From the NCBI GenBank assembly GCA_964031875.1, contig CAXIRU010000076.1:4586-68585 (forward strand): a stretch of DNA of 64,000 nt, in the 5' to 3' direction. Made by a program: the position numbers and the translations under genes. This DNA comes from Acidovorax facilis. GTDB lineage: Bacteria; Pseudomonadota; Gammaproteobacteria; Burkholderiales; Burkholderiaceae_C. Shown piece by piece: positions 10,019 to 20,179 of this stretch. Positions within the stretch are counted from its first letter, which is position 1; every line of letters starts with the position of its first letter. The notes beneath the pieces were generated by a model, which did not search any database, was not told the origin of the DNA, and was given only the letters and a program-made list of their open reading frames with translations.

Positions 10019-10690
10019 ATGTGCGCAGAAGCATCTACCGCAAAGCAAATGGCCCAGCGGGTCAAGCCGAAGTTCAAGAAGCGGAACGAGCTGACCGCAT
10101 ATTGGGTCAACAAGGCAATCGAGCATTCAGGGATGACGGCAGCGCAGCTTGGCGCCGCATACTATGAATGGATACAAAAATTCAATCGCAATCCCGATGC
10201 CAATCCGAGTAAGAGTATTGATTATGAAAGGATGAATTTCGAGCGCTACGCGAACATAAATCGCGACGGTTCAATGAACCTTAAATACCTAGCCACCTTT
10301 GTTACCTGGGCGCGGGAATTTGGCCATCTTCCAAAGCGTGGAGGGATCAGCCACAGTTCAGAAATACTACTTGCGTCAGAGGATCCCAATAAAATAATCA
10401 GCGACGCCCAGGAACTTCATAAACGAGTTCAGGCAAAGAGAGACGCCCTAATAAAGGCGCTCACTGAATATAGAGAGTGCTTCGAGGCAAGCGACAAAAG
10501 TCTTTATGGCTTCTCGGTGTTTGACTCGCGCACAGCAATTCCAGAGCAGGAACTAGTGCCTGGCGATAAGTGGGGCGAGTGGAAGTGGGTTGAATATGAG
10601 GACTACCCCGAAGTCCATGTCTCGCAGATAACCGATTTTCTGGATTTTGTAGAAGCACACAAAATTCATACATTTGATCCACTGGAATAG
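10019..10690 (+). CDS. Hypothetical protein (AT-rich, possibly regulatory)
   Basis: 223-aa ORF divergent from mobC. Confidence 0.7.
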   Translation: MCAEASTAKQMAQRVKPKFKKRNELTAYWVNKAIEHSGMTAAQLGAAYYEWIQKFNRNPDANPSKSIDYERMNFERYANINRDGSMNLKYLATFVTWAREFGHLPKRGGISHSSEILLASEDPNKIISDAQELHKRVQAKRDALIKALTEYRECFEASDKSLYGFSVFDSRTAIPEQELVPGDKWGEWKWVEYEDYPEVHVSQITDFLDFVEAHKIHTFDPLE

Positions 10691-10723
10691 CCGGCATCCA
10701 GCTGAAATCAAAACTCATAAAAA

Positions 10724-10757
10724 ATAAAAGCCCGTGAATTTCTTCATGGGCTTCTTT
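10724..10757. terminator. Bidirectional intrinsic terminator
   Basis: AAAAGCCCGTGAA..TTCATGGGCTTCTTT between convergent genes. Confidence 0.6.
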
Positions 10758-10776
10758 GCAGTAGCTTCAAATTTAA

Positions 10777-11160
10777 CTAATCGATCTCACCTTGGAAGAC
10801 CGCAGCATTCTTGCTCCACTCGTCCAAATCCGCCTGGGTTGGGATGCTCACGGCGCCCAGCCCAAAGCTGCTGCTCGCAGATTTTCCGATTAGGTGAGCC
10901 AGAAAAAGGATTGCACGCTCTTCTTTCGGTGCGCACTCAGCAGCGAATTGGCCTCGCCTTCCTGAGAGAAGCTGCAGGGCCGTCGTCATAGACCAGTTTG
11001 AGCCATGGGTGCTTTTCAAGTCGGCAATTGCGGTGTCTAAATCACCCGCCACACCCGCCCAAGCGAGCGCCACAGCGGCGCAGTGGCGCATCAATGGCAG
11101 TTCGCTGGGGGCTGCCGCTCGTGCGACGCGAATTTTGTGGGCTAGTGCAGGGCTGTTCAT
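10777..11160 (-). CDS. Hypothetical protein
   Basis: Globular-looking C-terminal part of ORF 10777..11745; start chosen downstream of the origin. Confidence 0.55.
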   Translation of the reverse strand: MNSPALAHKIRVARAAAPSELPLMRHCAAVALAWAGVAGDLDTAIADLKSTHGSNWSMTTALQLLSGRRGQFAAECAPKEERAILFLAHLIGKSASSSFGLGAVSIPTQADLDEWSKNAAVFQGEID

Positions 11161-11299
11161 CCTGGCATTTTGCATATATAGCCCGGTGCCCCGGCCTCCC
11201 GAGTCCTGATTGAGACCAGCGGGGGGAGCCGCCCCGCAGAGGGCGGGGGGCCGCAGGCCACCCGTTGGGGGACTTCCCTGCCCCCTCTGGGGGCCTGTT

Positions 11300-11476
11300 G
11301 AAGAGGTTATCCACAGCCCCCTGCTCCCACCTATAGGTAAAAATATATCGGTACCAATAGGATGCGGGGCGATTTGCGATGCCTTCTGGGGACGGGATGC
11401 GGGGCGATTTGCGAGACCTGCGGGGCAATCTGCGACACTAGCCCTCCCGCTGCGGGGCGATTTGCGACGCCCCGCA
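11300..11476. other. Plasmid-type replication origin (oriV)
   Basis: DnaA box TTATCCACA 11307-11315; AT-rich 11331-11360; four 17-bp iterons TGCGGGGCRATYTGCGA at 11363, 11398, 11419 and 11451, just downstream of repA. Confidence 0.85.
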
Positions 11477-11482
11477 GCAGGC

Positions 11483-12289
11483 TCAGGGTCGAGCCACTGG
11501 AGGCGGGGACCTCTCCAGCACGAGTCCCCCGGCGTGCACCTGGACGCGTGCTCCAGGGTACACCTCCAGCACCTTCTGGATGGCCAGTCGCGCCACACCA
11601 CGAAAATCGTCAACGGCACGCGCGCCTTGATACTCCTGGCCAAGTTGCGCCCGAAGGCTGGCCCACGGCATTTCAAGCTGCTTTTCAAGCCGGCAAAGGC
11701 GCTGTGCGAGCCACGTGTAGAAGTCCAGGGCAAGGGCAGAACCACTGAGCTGCGCCAGCGCCCGTTGATCTAGGGGTACTGCGTGCCGCTGCAGATCAGC
11801 CGCAAAATCTCGCCCCACCACTAGCCGCGCCCCGCCAGGTGCACCCCACGTGTGCAGTTGATGAACTGGCGAAGCGTTCAGCGTTCGCGATTGAAACCCC
11901 AACTGGAAGCGGGCGGCGGCGAGGTCGTGCAGGCCGTCGCGCAGCGACGTGTAACGCGCCGCCTGGCCGCCAAGGCCAAGCTGGCGAAGCAGCTCGCGCG
12001 GCGTGTCGCCAAGATCCAGCTCAAGGTTCCTGGAGCGGACGACCTCGTTGCAAATCCAAGCGACGAGGAGGCGCGGCATTACCCCGTGCGGCACGTCACG
12101 CAGGACGCGCCCAGCCCCATCGTCAACGGATCCGGCCTGAATCACCATCCAGGCAGCGCCGTTGCGGCGCGTAAATTCTCGTTCAGGGTGTCGGCGGCGA
12201 GGCATCCCGACCTGGCAGAAAACGGAGTGCAGATAACCAATATCTTCGCCACGCGGCGACTCAGCCAAAGCTGTTTTGGGGGCGGCCAT
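11483..12289 (-). CDS. repA: Plasmid replication initiator RepA (IncW/pBBR1-like RepA_C family)
   Basis: YLHSVFCQVGMPRR..EFTRRNG..VPHGVMPRLLVAW..SALALDFYTWLAQRL motifs. Confidence 0.85.
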   Translation of the reverse strand: MAAPKTALAESPRGEDIGYLHSVFCQVGMPRRRHPEREFTRRNGAAWMVIQAGSVDDGAGRVLRDVPHGVMPRLLVAWICNEVVRSRNLELDLGDTPRELLRQLGLGGQAARYTSLRDGLHDLAAARFQLGFQSRTLNASPVHQLHTWGAPGGARLVVGRDFAADLQRHAVPLDQRALAQLSGSALALDFYTWLAQRLCRLEKQLEMPWASLRAQLGQEYQGARAVDDFRGVARLAIQKVLEVYPGARVQVHAGGLVLERSPPPVARP

Positions 12290-12320
12290 CGTTAGCCTCT
12301 CCCTTTCTCAACCTCCTTTC

Positions 12321-12689
12321 TCATGCTTCACCCCCCACCTGTTTGCGCGCGCTAGCAAGTTGCTCGGCCTTGGTGGGCCGACCGCGACGACGACGTGCTG
12401 GCTCAGCAGCCGGCTGCGGTTGTGGAGGTTTCTGGCCGCTCTCATGGCTTTTCAGCCAAGCCTCGACTGTAGAAACCAGCCACAAGGTCTTACCGCCACC
12501 CGGGATGCGAACCATAGGCGGGAGCCGGTGTGGAGCGCGGGACACATCGCCGCGCACGCTGGCCAGGCTCTTGCCAAGGATGGTCGCCAGCTCGACGGCG
12601 GTAATGACGCTGAGCGCAGGCGCAGCAACAGTGGTGAACGAAGCGCCGACAGGCGCAGAAATTTCTAGTTCAGGGGTCCTAGTAGGCAT
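12321..12689 (-). CDS. AlpA-like HTH excisionase / recombination directionality factor
   Basis: ITAVELATILGKSLASVR...LPPMVRIPG...LWLVSTVEAWL. Confidence 0.75.
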   Translation of the reverse strand: MPTRTPELEISAPVGASFTTVAAPALSVITAVELATILGKSLASVRGDVSRAPHRLPPMVRIPGGGKTLWLVSTVEAWLKSHESGQKPPQPQPAAEPARRRRGRPTKAEQLASARKQVGGEA

Positions 12690-13128
12690 GGGCGAACCAA
12701 AAGAATGGCTGCGCGCAAAGCGCGGCCGGGTCTTCCTTTGATGCGCTGCTGCTCACGCCTTCTGGCACAAGCGGGGGAGCCTACTCCCCCGGCCGACTGA
12801 GTCGGCCTGAGCACTGCCTTGCACCTGCCCGCTAGGCCCGCCGTCGGATGGCGGTGGCATTGCTGCCCAGCGGTTAATCTCCTCTACGCGCTTCGGTTTC
12901 CCTCAGGGTGTCCCAGGCCGGCAGGCTGGGGACAAGCGGTTGCCGTGCCTCGTGGAGGCGGGCGGCGCACGCTGGCAGAAAATTCGAGGTGCTGCTGCAG
13001 ATCGCTGCAACGTCCTCAGTTTACATGCGGAGACAAGTAGATGCCAGCACGTGCATCCACATTGCGTCCTCCCCACAAGAAACTTAAGTGGATTGCGCGC
13101 ATGGTATGCAGCAGAGAAGATGTTGGAG

Positions 13129-13280
13129 CCATGCCAAATGCGTGCCAACAGCGGATGCAAGCTGATGCAAGCGGGTGAAACGCCATGCCAATTCCATGCC
13201 ACTCGTTCTGGCTATGGGCAAAAAAAAGCCCAACCGGTTGGTTGGGCTTTTCGCCAAAATCAACGTAAGTCGTTGATTTT
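13129..13280. promoter_or_regulatory. att-region arm-type repeats and IHF site
   Basis: Paired repeats CCATGCCA(A) at 13129/13140 and 13183/13194; GATGCAAGC x2; minus-strand AATCAACGACTTA matches IHF WATCAANNNNTTR. Confidence 0.55.
13220..13251 (-). terminator. tRNA terminator
   Basis: AAAAAAAAGCCCAACC-GGTT-GGTTGGGCTTTT hairpin with U tract on the minus strand. Confidence 0.8.
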
Positions 13281-13286
13281 ATTAGC

Positions 13287-13379
13287 TGGCGGAAACGGAG
13301 GGATTCGAACCCTCGATGAGGCTCTACACCCCATACTCCCTTAGCAGGGGAGCACCTTCGGCCACTCGGTCACGTTTCC
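13287..13379 (-). tRNA. tRNA-Ser(GCT)
   Basis: GGAAACGTGACCGAGTGGCCGAAGG..CCCTGCTAAGGG..long variable arm..GGTTCGAATCCC..GTTTCCGCCA. Confidence 0.97.
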
Positions 13380-13668
13380 AATCCCGCTATTATGCCCCAA
13401 TTCTGGGGCGTTTCTGACGGCCTAGACGGGTTCCTGGTTCGGTTTGCACGCTGTGCCTTGCAAACTCGGCTTGGTACTCGTTAATCACTACCGAGGTTTT
13501 GCATTCAGACCTGAAAACTGCCCGGGCTATGCACTGCGCGCACCAGGACCCGCGCTGACGGCGCACACTGCGGCACAGGCGCTTGTTGCATACAAATTTG
13601 CGCAAGTCCCATGGATGTTGGTCGCCGCACCGATCAGGGGGCAACCCTTGCTGGCGATCTCTACACCG

Positions 13669-14619
13669 CTACACATGCAGGTACTCAAGGTGTGCCACAG
13701 ACCGCGCCACAAAGCCACGTCCCACCTTGATATGAATGCGGTGGCCACGTGTGGTGCAGGCCGCCACCTGGTCCAGCAGCTCGCCCAGCTGCGCTGCTGC
13801 CGGTGTGGTGTGGTGAAACTGGCGCAGCCAGTGGCGCAGCACATTGGCCTGGCGCGGACGGCTCAAGCCCTGCAGCGCAACGATCTGCGGCGGCACGCCG
13901 ATCTGCGCAAGGTCCTGTTGCGCAAGTTCTTCCAGCAGCTCGGCCGCCTGCGCGGCGTTGGAGGCCGAGCGGGCGAATGTGTCACGAAACGCTGGAAAGG
14001 CGGTCTCCAGCACAGGCAGCAGCTGCGCGCGGATGCGATTGCGGGTGTAGCGCTCGTCCGTGTTGGTGGGATCTTCCACCCAACTTTGCCCTTGTGCTCG
14101 CAGCCAGCTGCGAATGTCCATGGCGGCCACGGGCAGCAAGGGACGGTGCCACACCACGCCAGCGCGTTCCCAGCGGGCTGGCATGGCGGCAAGCCCGGCA
14201 ACACCCGCACCGCGTGACAGCGCTAGCAACAGCGTCTCGACCTGGTCGTCCGCATGGTGCGCAATTGCTATTGATTTGATAGCTGATTGCGCTTGACTGG
14301 AAAGCGTTACAGCCTCAAAAGCCTTGTATCTTGCTTGCCGGGCGGCATCTTCGGGACTCTGGCCGGGGGCATGGCGGGCATCCAGCCGCTCTACCCTCAA
14401 CGGCACGCCAAGGCCTTGGCACAAGGCGGTGCAATGCTGCTCAAACCCATCGGCCGCCGCCTGTATGCCATGGTGCACGTGGATGGCCTGCACCTGTCCG
14501 GGCCACCGGCGCGCGCAAGCAAGCAACAGCGCCGTAGAGTCTGCCCCACCACTCAGACCTACAGCCAGTGGCAGTGCAGGCGCAAAGGCCTGGATAGCAG
14601 CGTCGAACGACTGGGTCAT
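13669..14619 (-). CDS. tilS: tRNA(Ile)-lysidine synthetase
   Basis: SGGADS PP-loop, HHADDQVET, EDPTN, RNRIR. Confidence 0.95.
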   Translation of the reverse strand: MTQSFDAAIQAFAPALPLAVGLSGGADSTALLLACARRWPGQVQAIHVHHGIQAAADGFEQHCTALCQGLGVPLRVERLDARHAPGQSPEDAARQARYKAFEAVTLSSQAQSAIKSIAIAHHADDQVETLLLALSRGAGVAGLAAMPARWERAGVVWHRPLLPVAAMDIRSWLRAQGQSWVEDPTNTDERYTRNRIRAQLLPVLETAFPAFRDTFARSASNAAQAAELLEELAQQDLAQIGVPPQIVALQGLSRPRQANVLRHWLRQFHHTTPAAAQLGELLDQVAACTTRGHRIHIKVGRGFVARSVAHLEYLHV

Positions 14620-14760
14620 TCCGACATCCGCCCCTGGCAACCGGGCAAACGTGGCGAGTCAGGCGCCCAAAGGCAATGGACAGAATGGGATTGCATGGGC
14701 GCCGATTATCACGGGCGACCTCCCTGCCCTCACCTCACGTTGTGCCCCGCGCACGGTCCA

Positions 14761-16614
14761 TCAACCTGCAGGTGCCGCCAGACGGGGGCTCGCCCGCGAA
14801 CCCTCGTCGGACAGGCGGAACGTGCCCACCACCTCCGACAGCCGCACCGACTGGTCCTTGAGGCTCTGGGCGGCGGCAGCACTTTGCTCCACCAGCGCTG
14901 CGTTCTGTTGGGTCATCTGATCCAGGTGCGATACCGCCTGGCCGACCTCGTTGATGCTGGTGCTTTGCTCGTTGGTAGAGGCTGTGATCTCGGCCATGAT
15001 GTCTGTGACGCGCTGCACCGAGGTCACGATGTCTTTCATCGTGGTGCCCGCGTCATGCACCAGGCGCGAGCCGTTTTCCACTTGTTCCACCGACGCGCTG
15101 ATGAGCTGCTTGATTTCCTTGGCAGCCTCTGCACTGCGCCCGGCCAGGCTGCGCACTTCACTGGCCACCACCGCAAAGCCACGGCCCTGCTCGCCCGCGC
15201 GCGCTGCCTCCACCGCCGCGTTCAGCGCAAGGATGTTGGTCTGGAAGGCGATGCCGTCGATGACACCGATGATGTCGTTGATCTTGCGTGACGCGGCATT
15301 GATCTGCTCCATGGTGGTCACCACATTGCCCACCACCTGGCCACCGTGCTGCGCCACGCTGGATGCCTGGGCCACCAGTTGGTTGGCCTGACGGGCAGAG
15401 TCTGCGTTATGGCGCACGGTTTCCGTCAGCTGCTGCATGGATGCGGAGGTTTCCTCCAGGCTAGAGGCCGTGAGCTCCGTGCGCCCGCTCAGGTCCTGGT
15501 TGCCGGTGGCAATCTCCTCGGCAGCCACACGCACCGAGCTGCTGGCATCACGGATCTGCGCCAGCACGCCCGAGAGCTTGCTGGTGAAGCTGTTGAAGCT
15601 GGTGGCAATCTGTGCCAGCTCGTCCTCGCCCTGCGCGTCGATGCGGCGCGAAAGATCACCGTCACCGGTGCCGATCTCTTGCATGGCGTCGCGAACCAGG
15701 GTCAGCTGGCGTAGGCGCCGGGTCAGGATCACGCCCAGCAACCCGACAGCAACCACCAACACCAGCACGCTGGAGCCCAGGGATGTGGCCAGCATGGAGC
15801 GGATGGGCGCCATCGCTTCATTCTCATCCAGAGCGACCACCAGCATCCAAGAGGTACCGGCGATCGGGACCACACTCAGCAACCGGTTGCGCCCGCCAAT
15901 GTCGGCCTGCAGCAGGCTAGCGCTGTTTTTGGCAGCCGCGACCAGCTTGTCCACCGCAAGGTCTTTGGAAAGCTCCGCAATGGGTTTGAGGGTGAGCGCT
16001 TGGTCGCGGTGGGCGATGATCTTGCCGTCGGACGATACCAGGAAGCCAAAGCTCTGGGGCGTGGGCCGGATCGAAGCCACGTTGGCCACCACAGACTCCA
16101 TGTAGACGTCGCCCGCCGCCACGCCTTTGAGGCCGGCACCCGCGCCCACCGGGGTGGCGAACGTCACCACCAGCTTTTGGTCGGACGCGGAAATGTAGGG
16201 AGGAGTGACAACCGAAGTGCCCGCCTGCGCAGCCTGCTTGTACCAGGGCCGCGCTGTGGGGTCATAGTCCGCCGGCAAATTGCGGGCCTCGGAGAACACG
16301 TATTTTTTGTCGGCATAGCCAAAGTAGGCGGTACTGAATTTGCCAGCATCCCGCAGCATGGCCAGCGACTTGGCTGGTTCGGGATCTTCAAAGGCCGTGA
16401 CGGACGCAGCAATGATTGCCGACTTGCCACGCGCCCACTCCTCAATGGTCTCAGCATGGCTTTTGGCCGTGTCCAGCCCCTCTTCTGCCAGCGCCACCTG
16501 TGCCTGCCCGCGCGCCGAAAAGTAGTTCACCAGCGTCAACACCAGCAAAGCCGCGACCATGCAAACGGCAGACAACACCAAAATCTGACCCTTGAGCGTC
16601 TTCAGAAGTGACAT
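14761..16614 (-). CDS. Methyl-accepting chemotaxis protein (dCache-HAMP-MCP)
   Basis: YDPTARPWY dCache motif; [27 protein letters not shown] signalling domain. Confidence 0.95.
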   Translation of the reverse strand: MSLLKTLKGQILVLSAVCMVAALLVLTLVNYFSARGQAQVALAEEGLDTAKSHAETIEEWARGKSAIIAASVTAFEDPEPAKSLAMLRDAGKFSTAYFGYADKKYVFSEARNLPADYDPTARPWYKQAAQAGTSVVTPPYISASDQKLVVTFATPVGAGAGLKGVAAGDVYMESVVANVASIRPTPQSFGFLVSSDGKIIAHRDQALTLKPIAELSKDLAVDKLVAAAKNSASLLQADIGGRNRLLSVVPIAGTSWMLVVALDENEAMAPIRSMLATSLGSSVLVLVVAVGLLGVILTRRLRQLTLVRDAMQEIGTGDGDLSRRIDAQGEDELAQIATSFNSFTSKLSGVLAQIRDASSSVRVAAEEIATGNQDLSGRTELTASSLEETSASMQQLTETVRHNADSARQANQLVAQASSVAQHGGQVVGNVVTTMEQINAASRKINDIIGVIDGIAFQTNILALNAAVEAARAGEQGRGFAVVASEVRSLAGRSAEAAKEIKQLISASVEQVENGSRLVHDAGTTMKDIVTSVQRVTDIMAEITASTNEQSTSINEVGQAVSHLDQMTQQNAALVEQSAAAAQSLKDQSVRLSEVVGTFRLSDEGSRASPRLAAPAG

Positions 16615-16732
16615 GGGGCACCCTTTTAGTTGCACCCGTCCAGGCGGGCGTAGGCCATGTTACATCCTGTATCGCGCGGTGCGCCAGTGGGGTTTAGCGC
16701 GCAAAGTGGTGGGCTCTGCCGCAAAAACAACA

Positions 16733-16752
16733 ATGGCCCCGAAGGGCCATTG
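16733..16752. terminator. Hairpin after accA
   Basis: ATGGCCCCGAAGGGCCAT; U-rich downstream on the minus strand. Confidence 0.55.
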
Positions 16753-16783
16753 GTCAAAGTTGCAGAGCGCTTTTACCCACTGA

Positions 16784-17761
16784 TCAGCGGCTGTCAGCCT
16801 TGGTGTCGCTGAAGCGGCCGTAGCTCTGCAGGCGCTCGTAGCGGCGGTCCAGGAGGTCTTTGGTTTTGAGGTCGGCCACTTGGCGGAAGGCATCGCCCAG
16901 AGCGCGCTTGAGAAAAGCTGCCATCTGTTTGTGGTCCCGGTGAGCGCCCCCCACGGGCTCGCTCACGATCTTGTCCACTAGGCCCAGGGCCTTGAGGCGA
17001 TGGGCGGTGATGCCCAGCGCGTCAGCAGCTTCTTGCGCCTTCTCGCTGGTTTTCCAGAGGATGGAGGCGCAGCCCTCAGGGCTGATGACCGAATAGATGG
17101 CGTACTGCAGCATCACGACCTGGTCGGCCACGCTGATGGCCAGAGCGCCGCCAGAGCCGCCTTCGCCGATGATGGTGGTGATGATCGGCACTTCGAGTTG
17201 CGCCATCTCGAAGATGTTGCGGCCGATGGCTTCGGACTGACCGCGTTCTTCGGCGTCGATACCGGGATAGGCTCCGGGCGTGTCCACAAAGGTGAACACG
17301 GGCAGTTTGAACTTCTCGGCTGTCTTCATGAGGCGCAGGGCCTTGCGATAGCCCTCGGGCTTGCTCATGCCGAAGTTGCGCATGGCACGCTCTTTGGTGT
17401 CGCGCCCCTTCTGGTGGCCCAGCACCATGCAGGCATGGCCGTTGAAACGCGCAAGACCGCCCACGATAGACAAGTCGTCGGCATAGTGCCGGTCGCCGTG
17501 CAGTTCGACAAAGTCGGTGAAGATGTCACGCACGTAGTCGAGCGTGTAAGGGCGCTCGGCGTGGCGAGCGATCTTGGTGATCTGCCAGGGCGACAGTTCG
17601 CTGTAGATGTCCTTGGTGAGCTGCTGGCTCTTCTTGCTCAGCTGGTCGATCTCTTCCGAGATATCGACAGCACTCTCGGTCTGCACGTAGCGCAGTTCTT
17701 CAATTTTGGATTCGAGTTCGGCGATGGGCTGCTCGAAATCCAGAAAGGTCTTTTTCGCCAA
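16784..17761 (-). CDS. accA: Acetyl-CoA carboxylase carboxyltransferase alpha
   Basis: [26 protein letters not shown]; TTG start. Confidence 0.97.
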   Translation of the reverse strand: MAKKTFLDFEQPIAELESKIEELRYVQTESAVDISEEIDQLSKKSQQLTKDIYSELSPWQITKIARHAERPYTLDYVRDIFTDFVELHGDRHYADDLSIVGGLARFNGHACMVLGHQKGRDTKERAMRNFGMSKPEGYRKALRLMKTAEKFKLPVFTFVDTPGAYPGIDAEERGQSEAIGRNIFEMAQLEVPIITTIIGEGGSGGALAISVADQVVMLQYAIYSVISPEGCASILWKTSEKAQEAADALGITAHRLKALGLVDKIVSEPVGGAHRDHKQMAAFLKRALGDAFRQVADLKTKDLLDRRYERLQSYGRFSDTKADSR

Positions 17762-17866
17762 CGTTTTTCTCCTAGGGGATCGCGCCGGTTGCGGCTGCCA
17801 CGAATGGCACGCACTGTAACCGACGGTTAACGAGTTTTGTAAAGCGCGTCAGGCTGCGTCAGCCGT

Positions 17867-18538
17867 TCAATAAGCCACCGGCAGGGGGTCGAGCGAGCGC
17901 CAAATATACCAAGTTGCCACACTGCACCAGGGCTTCCAAGCCTCTGCCACCTCGCGGGCGTCGCTGCGGCTGACAGGATCGCCCGAGAAATAGTTGTGAC
18001 TGATTCCCGCAATCAACCCCGGATCGTCCAGGGGCAATACGTTGGGGCGCATCAGGTAGAAGATGAGGAACATCTCAGCCGTCCAGAGGCCGATGCCCCG
18101 GATGGCCACCAGCTCGGCAATGATGGCTTCGTCATCCATCGCCGCCCAGTCTTTCACATGCAGCTTGCCCTGATCGAAGTGGATGGCCAAATCGACGAGA
18201 TAGTCCACCTTGCGCGCCGACAGGCCTGCGGCCCGCATGTCGTCGATCTTGAGCTTGAGCACGCTGGCGGGCTTCATGCTGCGGGGCAGCGCCACAAAAC
18301 GCTCCCACACGGCTTGTGCGGACTTGACGGAAATCTGCTGGCCCACGATGGAGCGTGCCAGTGTGGTGAACGCGTCACCACGGGTCTGCAAAGCGGCATC
18401 ACCAAACTGCGGGATCAGGCGCTTCATCACCCGGTCCTTCTTCATCAGGTGCTTGCAGGCCTCGGCCCAGTAGTCGGGCGTGGCCAGCACCAAGGGCGGG
18501 CTGGCGGCATCGCTCGCTATCTTTTTAAGAGCTGCCAC
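17867..18538 (-). CDS. DNA-3-methyladenine glycosylase II (AlkA-like, HhH-GPD)
   Basis: SIVGQQIS, LVAIRGIGLWTAEMFLIF, LPLDD. Confidence 0.9.
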   Translation of the reverse strand: MAALKKIASDAASPPLVLATPDYWAEACKHLMKKDRVMKRLIPQFGDAALQTRGDAFTTLARSIVGQQISVKSAQAVWERFVALPRSMKPASVLKLKIDDMRAAGLSARKVDYLVDLAIHFDQGKLHVKDWAAMDDEAIIAELVAIRGIGLWTAEMFLIFYLMRPNVLPLDDPGLIAGISHNYFSGDPVSRSDAREVAEAWKPWCSVATWYIWRSLDPLPVAY

Positions 18539-18585
18539 CGCTTACCCCACTTGCGCCAGAGGCATTTTTGACACAAAAACCAGCT

Positions 18586-19965
18586 TCACTGTGCGGCTTC
18601 CCAGGTCGTTCCTGCGGCGGAGTCCTTGAGCACGATGCCCTGGGCGAGCAGTGCCTGACGGATGCGGTCGGCCTCGGCGAAGTTCTTGGCAGCTTTGGCG
18701 GCGGAGCGGGCAGCAATCTGCGCAGCGATGTCCGCGTCGTTCACACCGGCACCCGCTTGCAGGAACGCTATGGGGTCGCCCTGAAGAATCCCCAGGCATC
18801 CGCCCAGCGCCTTGAGCAGACCCGCCAATGCGGCCGAGCGGGTCTTGTTGACGTCACCGGCCAGGTCAAACAGGACGGCTACGGCCTCGGGGGTGCCAAA
18901 GTCCTCGTCCATGGCCGCCTTGAAACGCGCGGCATAGGGGTCGGCCCAGTCGATGACCGCCAGATCCGCAGGCGCCACCAGGCTGAGCGCCGTGTAAAGG
19001 CGCTTGAGCGCCTGGCGTGCGTCGTCCAGGTGGGCATCGCTGTAATTCAGCGCGCTGCGGTAGTGGGCCCGTACGATAAAAAAGCGCACCGTCTCGGCGT
19101 CGTACCGCTGGAGCACATCGCGGATGGTGAAAAAGTTACCCAGGCTCTTGGACATCTTTTCGTTGTCCACGCGCACAAAGCCGTTATGCACCCAGAACTT
19201 GGCCAGGGGCTTGCCCGTGGCGCCTTCGCTCTGGGCGATTTCGTTTTCGTGGTGGGGGAACTGCAGGTCGGCGCCCCCGCCGTGGATGTCAAAGGTCTCG
19301 CCCAACGTGGCGCAGCTCATGGCCGAGCATTCGATGTGCCAGCCAGGGCGGCCAGCGCCGAACACGCTGTCCCACTTGGCTTCAGGCGGCTCCTCAGGCT
19401 TGGAGGCTTTCCACAGCACGAAATCGAGCGGGTCTTCCTTGCCATCGAGCACGGCCACGCGCTCACCTGCGCGCAGCTCGTCGAGTGACTTGCCCGAGAG
19501 CTTGCCGTAACCGTCGAACTTGCGCACCGAGTAGTTCACGTCGCCATTGCTGGCGCGATAGGCCAGGCCTTTGCCTTCGAGCTGTCCGATGAGCGACAGC
19601 ATCTGTGGCACGTATTCGGTGGCGCGCGGCTCCGCCGAGGGCGGCTCGATACCCAGCAGGCCGATGTCCTGGTGCATGGCCGCAATCATCTCGTCGGTGA
19701 GCTGGCGAATGGTGATGCCGCGCTCCAGCGCACGCTTGATGATCTTGTCGTCAATGTCGGTGATGTTGCGCACGTATGTGACGCGCAGACCACTGGCCTT
19801 GAGCCAGCGCTGCATCACGTCAAACGCCATCATCATGCGGGCGTGGCCAATGTGGCACAGGTCATAGATGGTCATGCCGCACACATACATGCGCACATGG
19901 CCAGGTTCGAGCGGGGAAAAGTCTTCCAATGCACGCGACAGCGTGTTGTAGATGCGCAAACTCAT
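18586..19965 (-). CDS. cysS: Cysteine--tRNA ligase
   Basis: [13 protein letters not shown] and KMSKS motifs. Confidence 0.98.
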   Translation of the reverse strand: MSLRIYNTLSRALEDFSPLEPGHVRMYVCGMTIYDLCHIGHARMMMAFDVMQRWLKASGLRVTYVRNITDIDDKIIKRALERGITIRQLTDEMIAAMHQDIGLLGIEPPSAEPRATEYVPQMLSLIGQLEGKGLAYRASNGDVNYSVRKFDGYGKLSGKSLDELRAGERVAVLDGKEDPLDFVLWKASKPEEPPEAKWDSVFGAGRPGWHIECSAMSCATLGETFDIHGGGADLQFPHHENEIAQSEGATGKPLAKFWVHNGFVRVDNEKMSKSLGNFFTIRDVLQRYDAETVRFFIVRAHYRSALNYSDAHLDDARQALKRLYTALSLVAPADLAVIDWADPYAARFKAAMDEDFGTPEAVAVLFDLAGDVNKTRSAALAGLLKALGGCLGILQGDPIAFLQAGAGVNDADIAAQIAARSAAKAAKNFAEADRIRQALLAQGIVLKDSAAGTTWEAAQ

Positions 19966-20179
19966 GGGATTTCAGTAACGGGGGATGGGGTGGTGGGTGA
20001 ATGAAATCCACCCGGCAGCTGGGGGCGAAGGCCCCTGGCAAAGGGTTGGCCCAGCGAGGGGCCTACAGCGAAATCACCCGCGACAACAGCGTTCCGTCAT
20101 GACAACCCCCTCAGCTACAATCCGCCGCAGTATAAGCCCCCGCATGGGACAGACGCTGCCCCACACCTTTGAATCCCCC

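Larger units (their letters stand above)
1..13286. mobile_element. Integrative mobilizable element / integrated plasmid at tRNA-Ser 3' end (left end outside window)
   Basis: Excisionase, RepA with iterons, oriT-like hairpin, mobC, relaxase and DotA/TraY lie next to the tRNA 3' end; att-like arm repeats and IHF site. No integrase in the window. Confidence 0.85.

Noticed and set aside
11363-11467. Mini-CRISPR from four 17-bp repeats
   Set aside because: Spacing is only 4-18 bp and the repeats sit beside repA and a DnaA box, so they are iterons.
1314-13379. Amber recoding or suppression of island genes by the neighbouring tRNA
   Set aside because: The anticodon is GCT (ordinary Ser), frameshifts accompany the TAGs, and TAG ends normal genes elsewhere in the window.
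16668-16696. Sigma28 promoter for the MCP gene
   Set aside because: TAAA..GCGATAC is plausible, but the spacing and -10 match are imperfect, so it is not listed as a feature.
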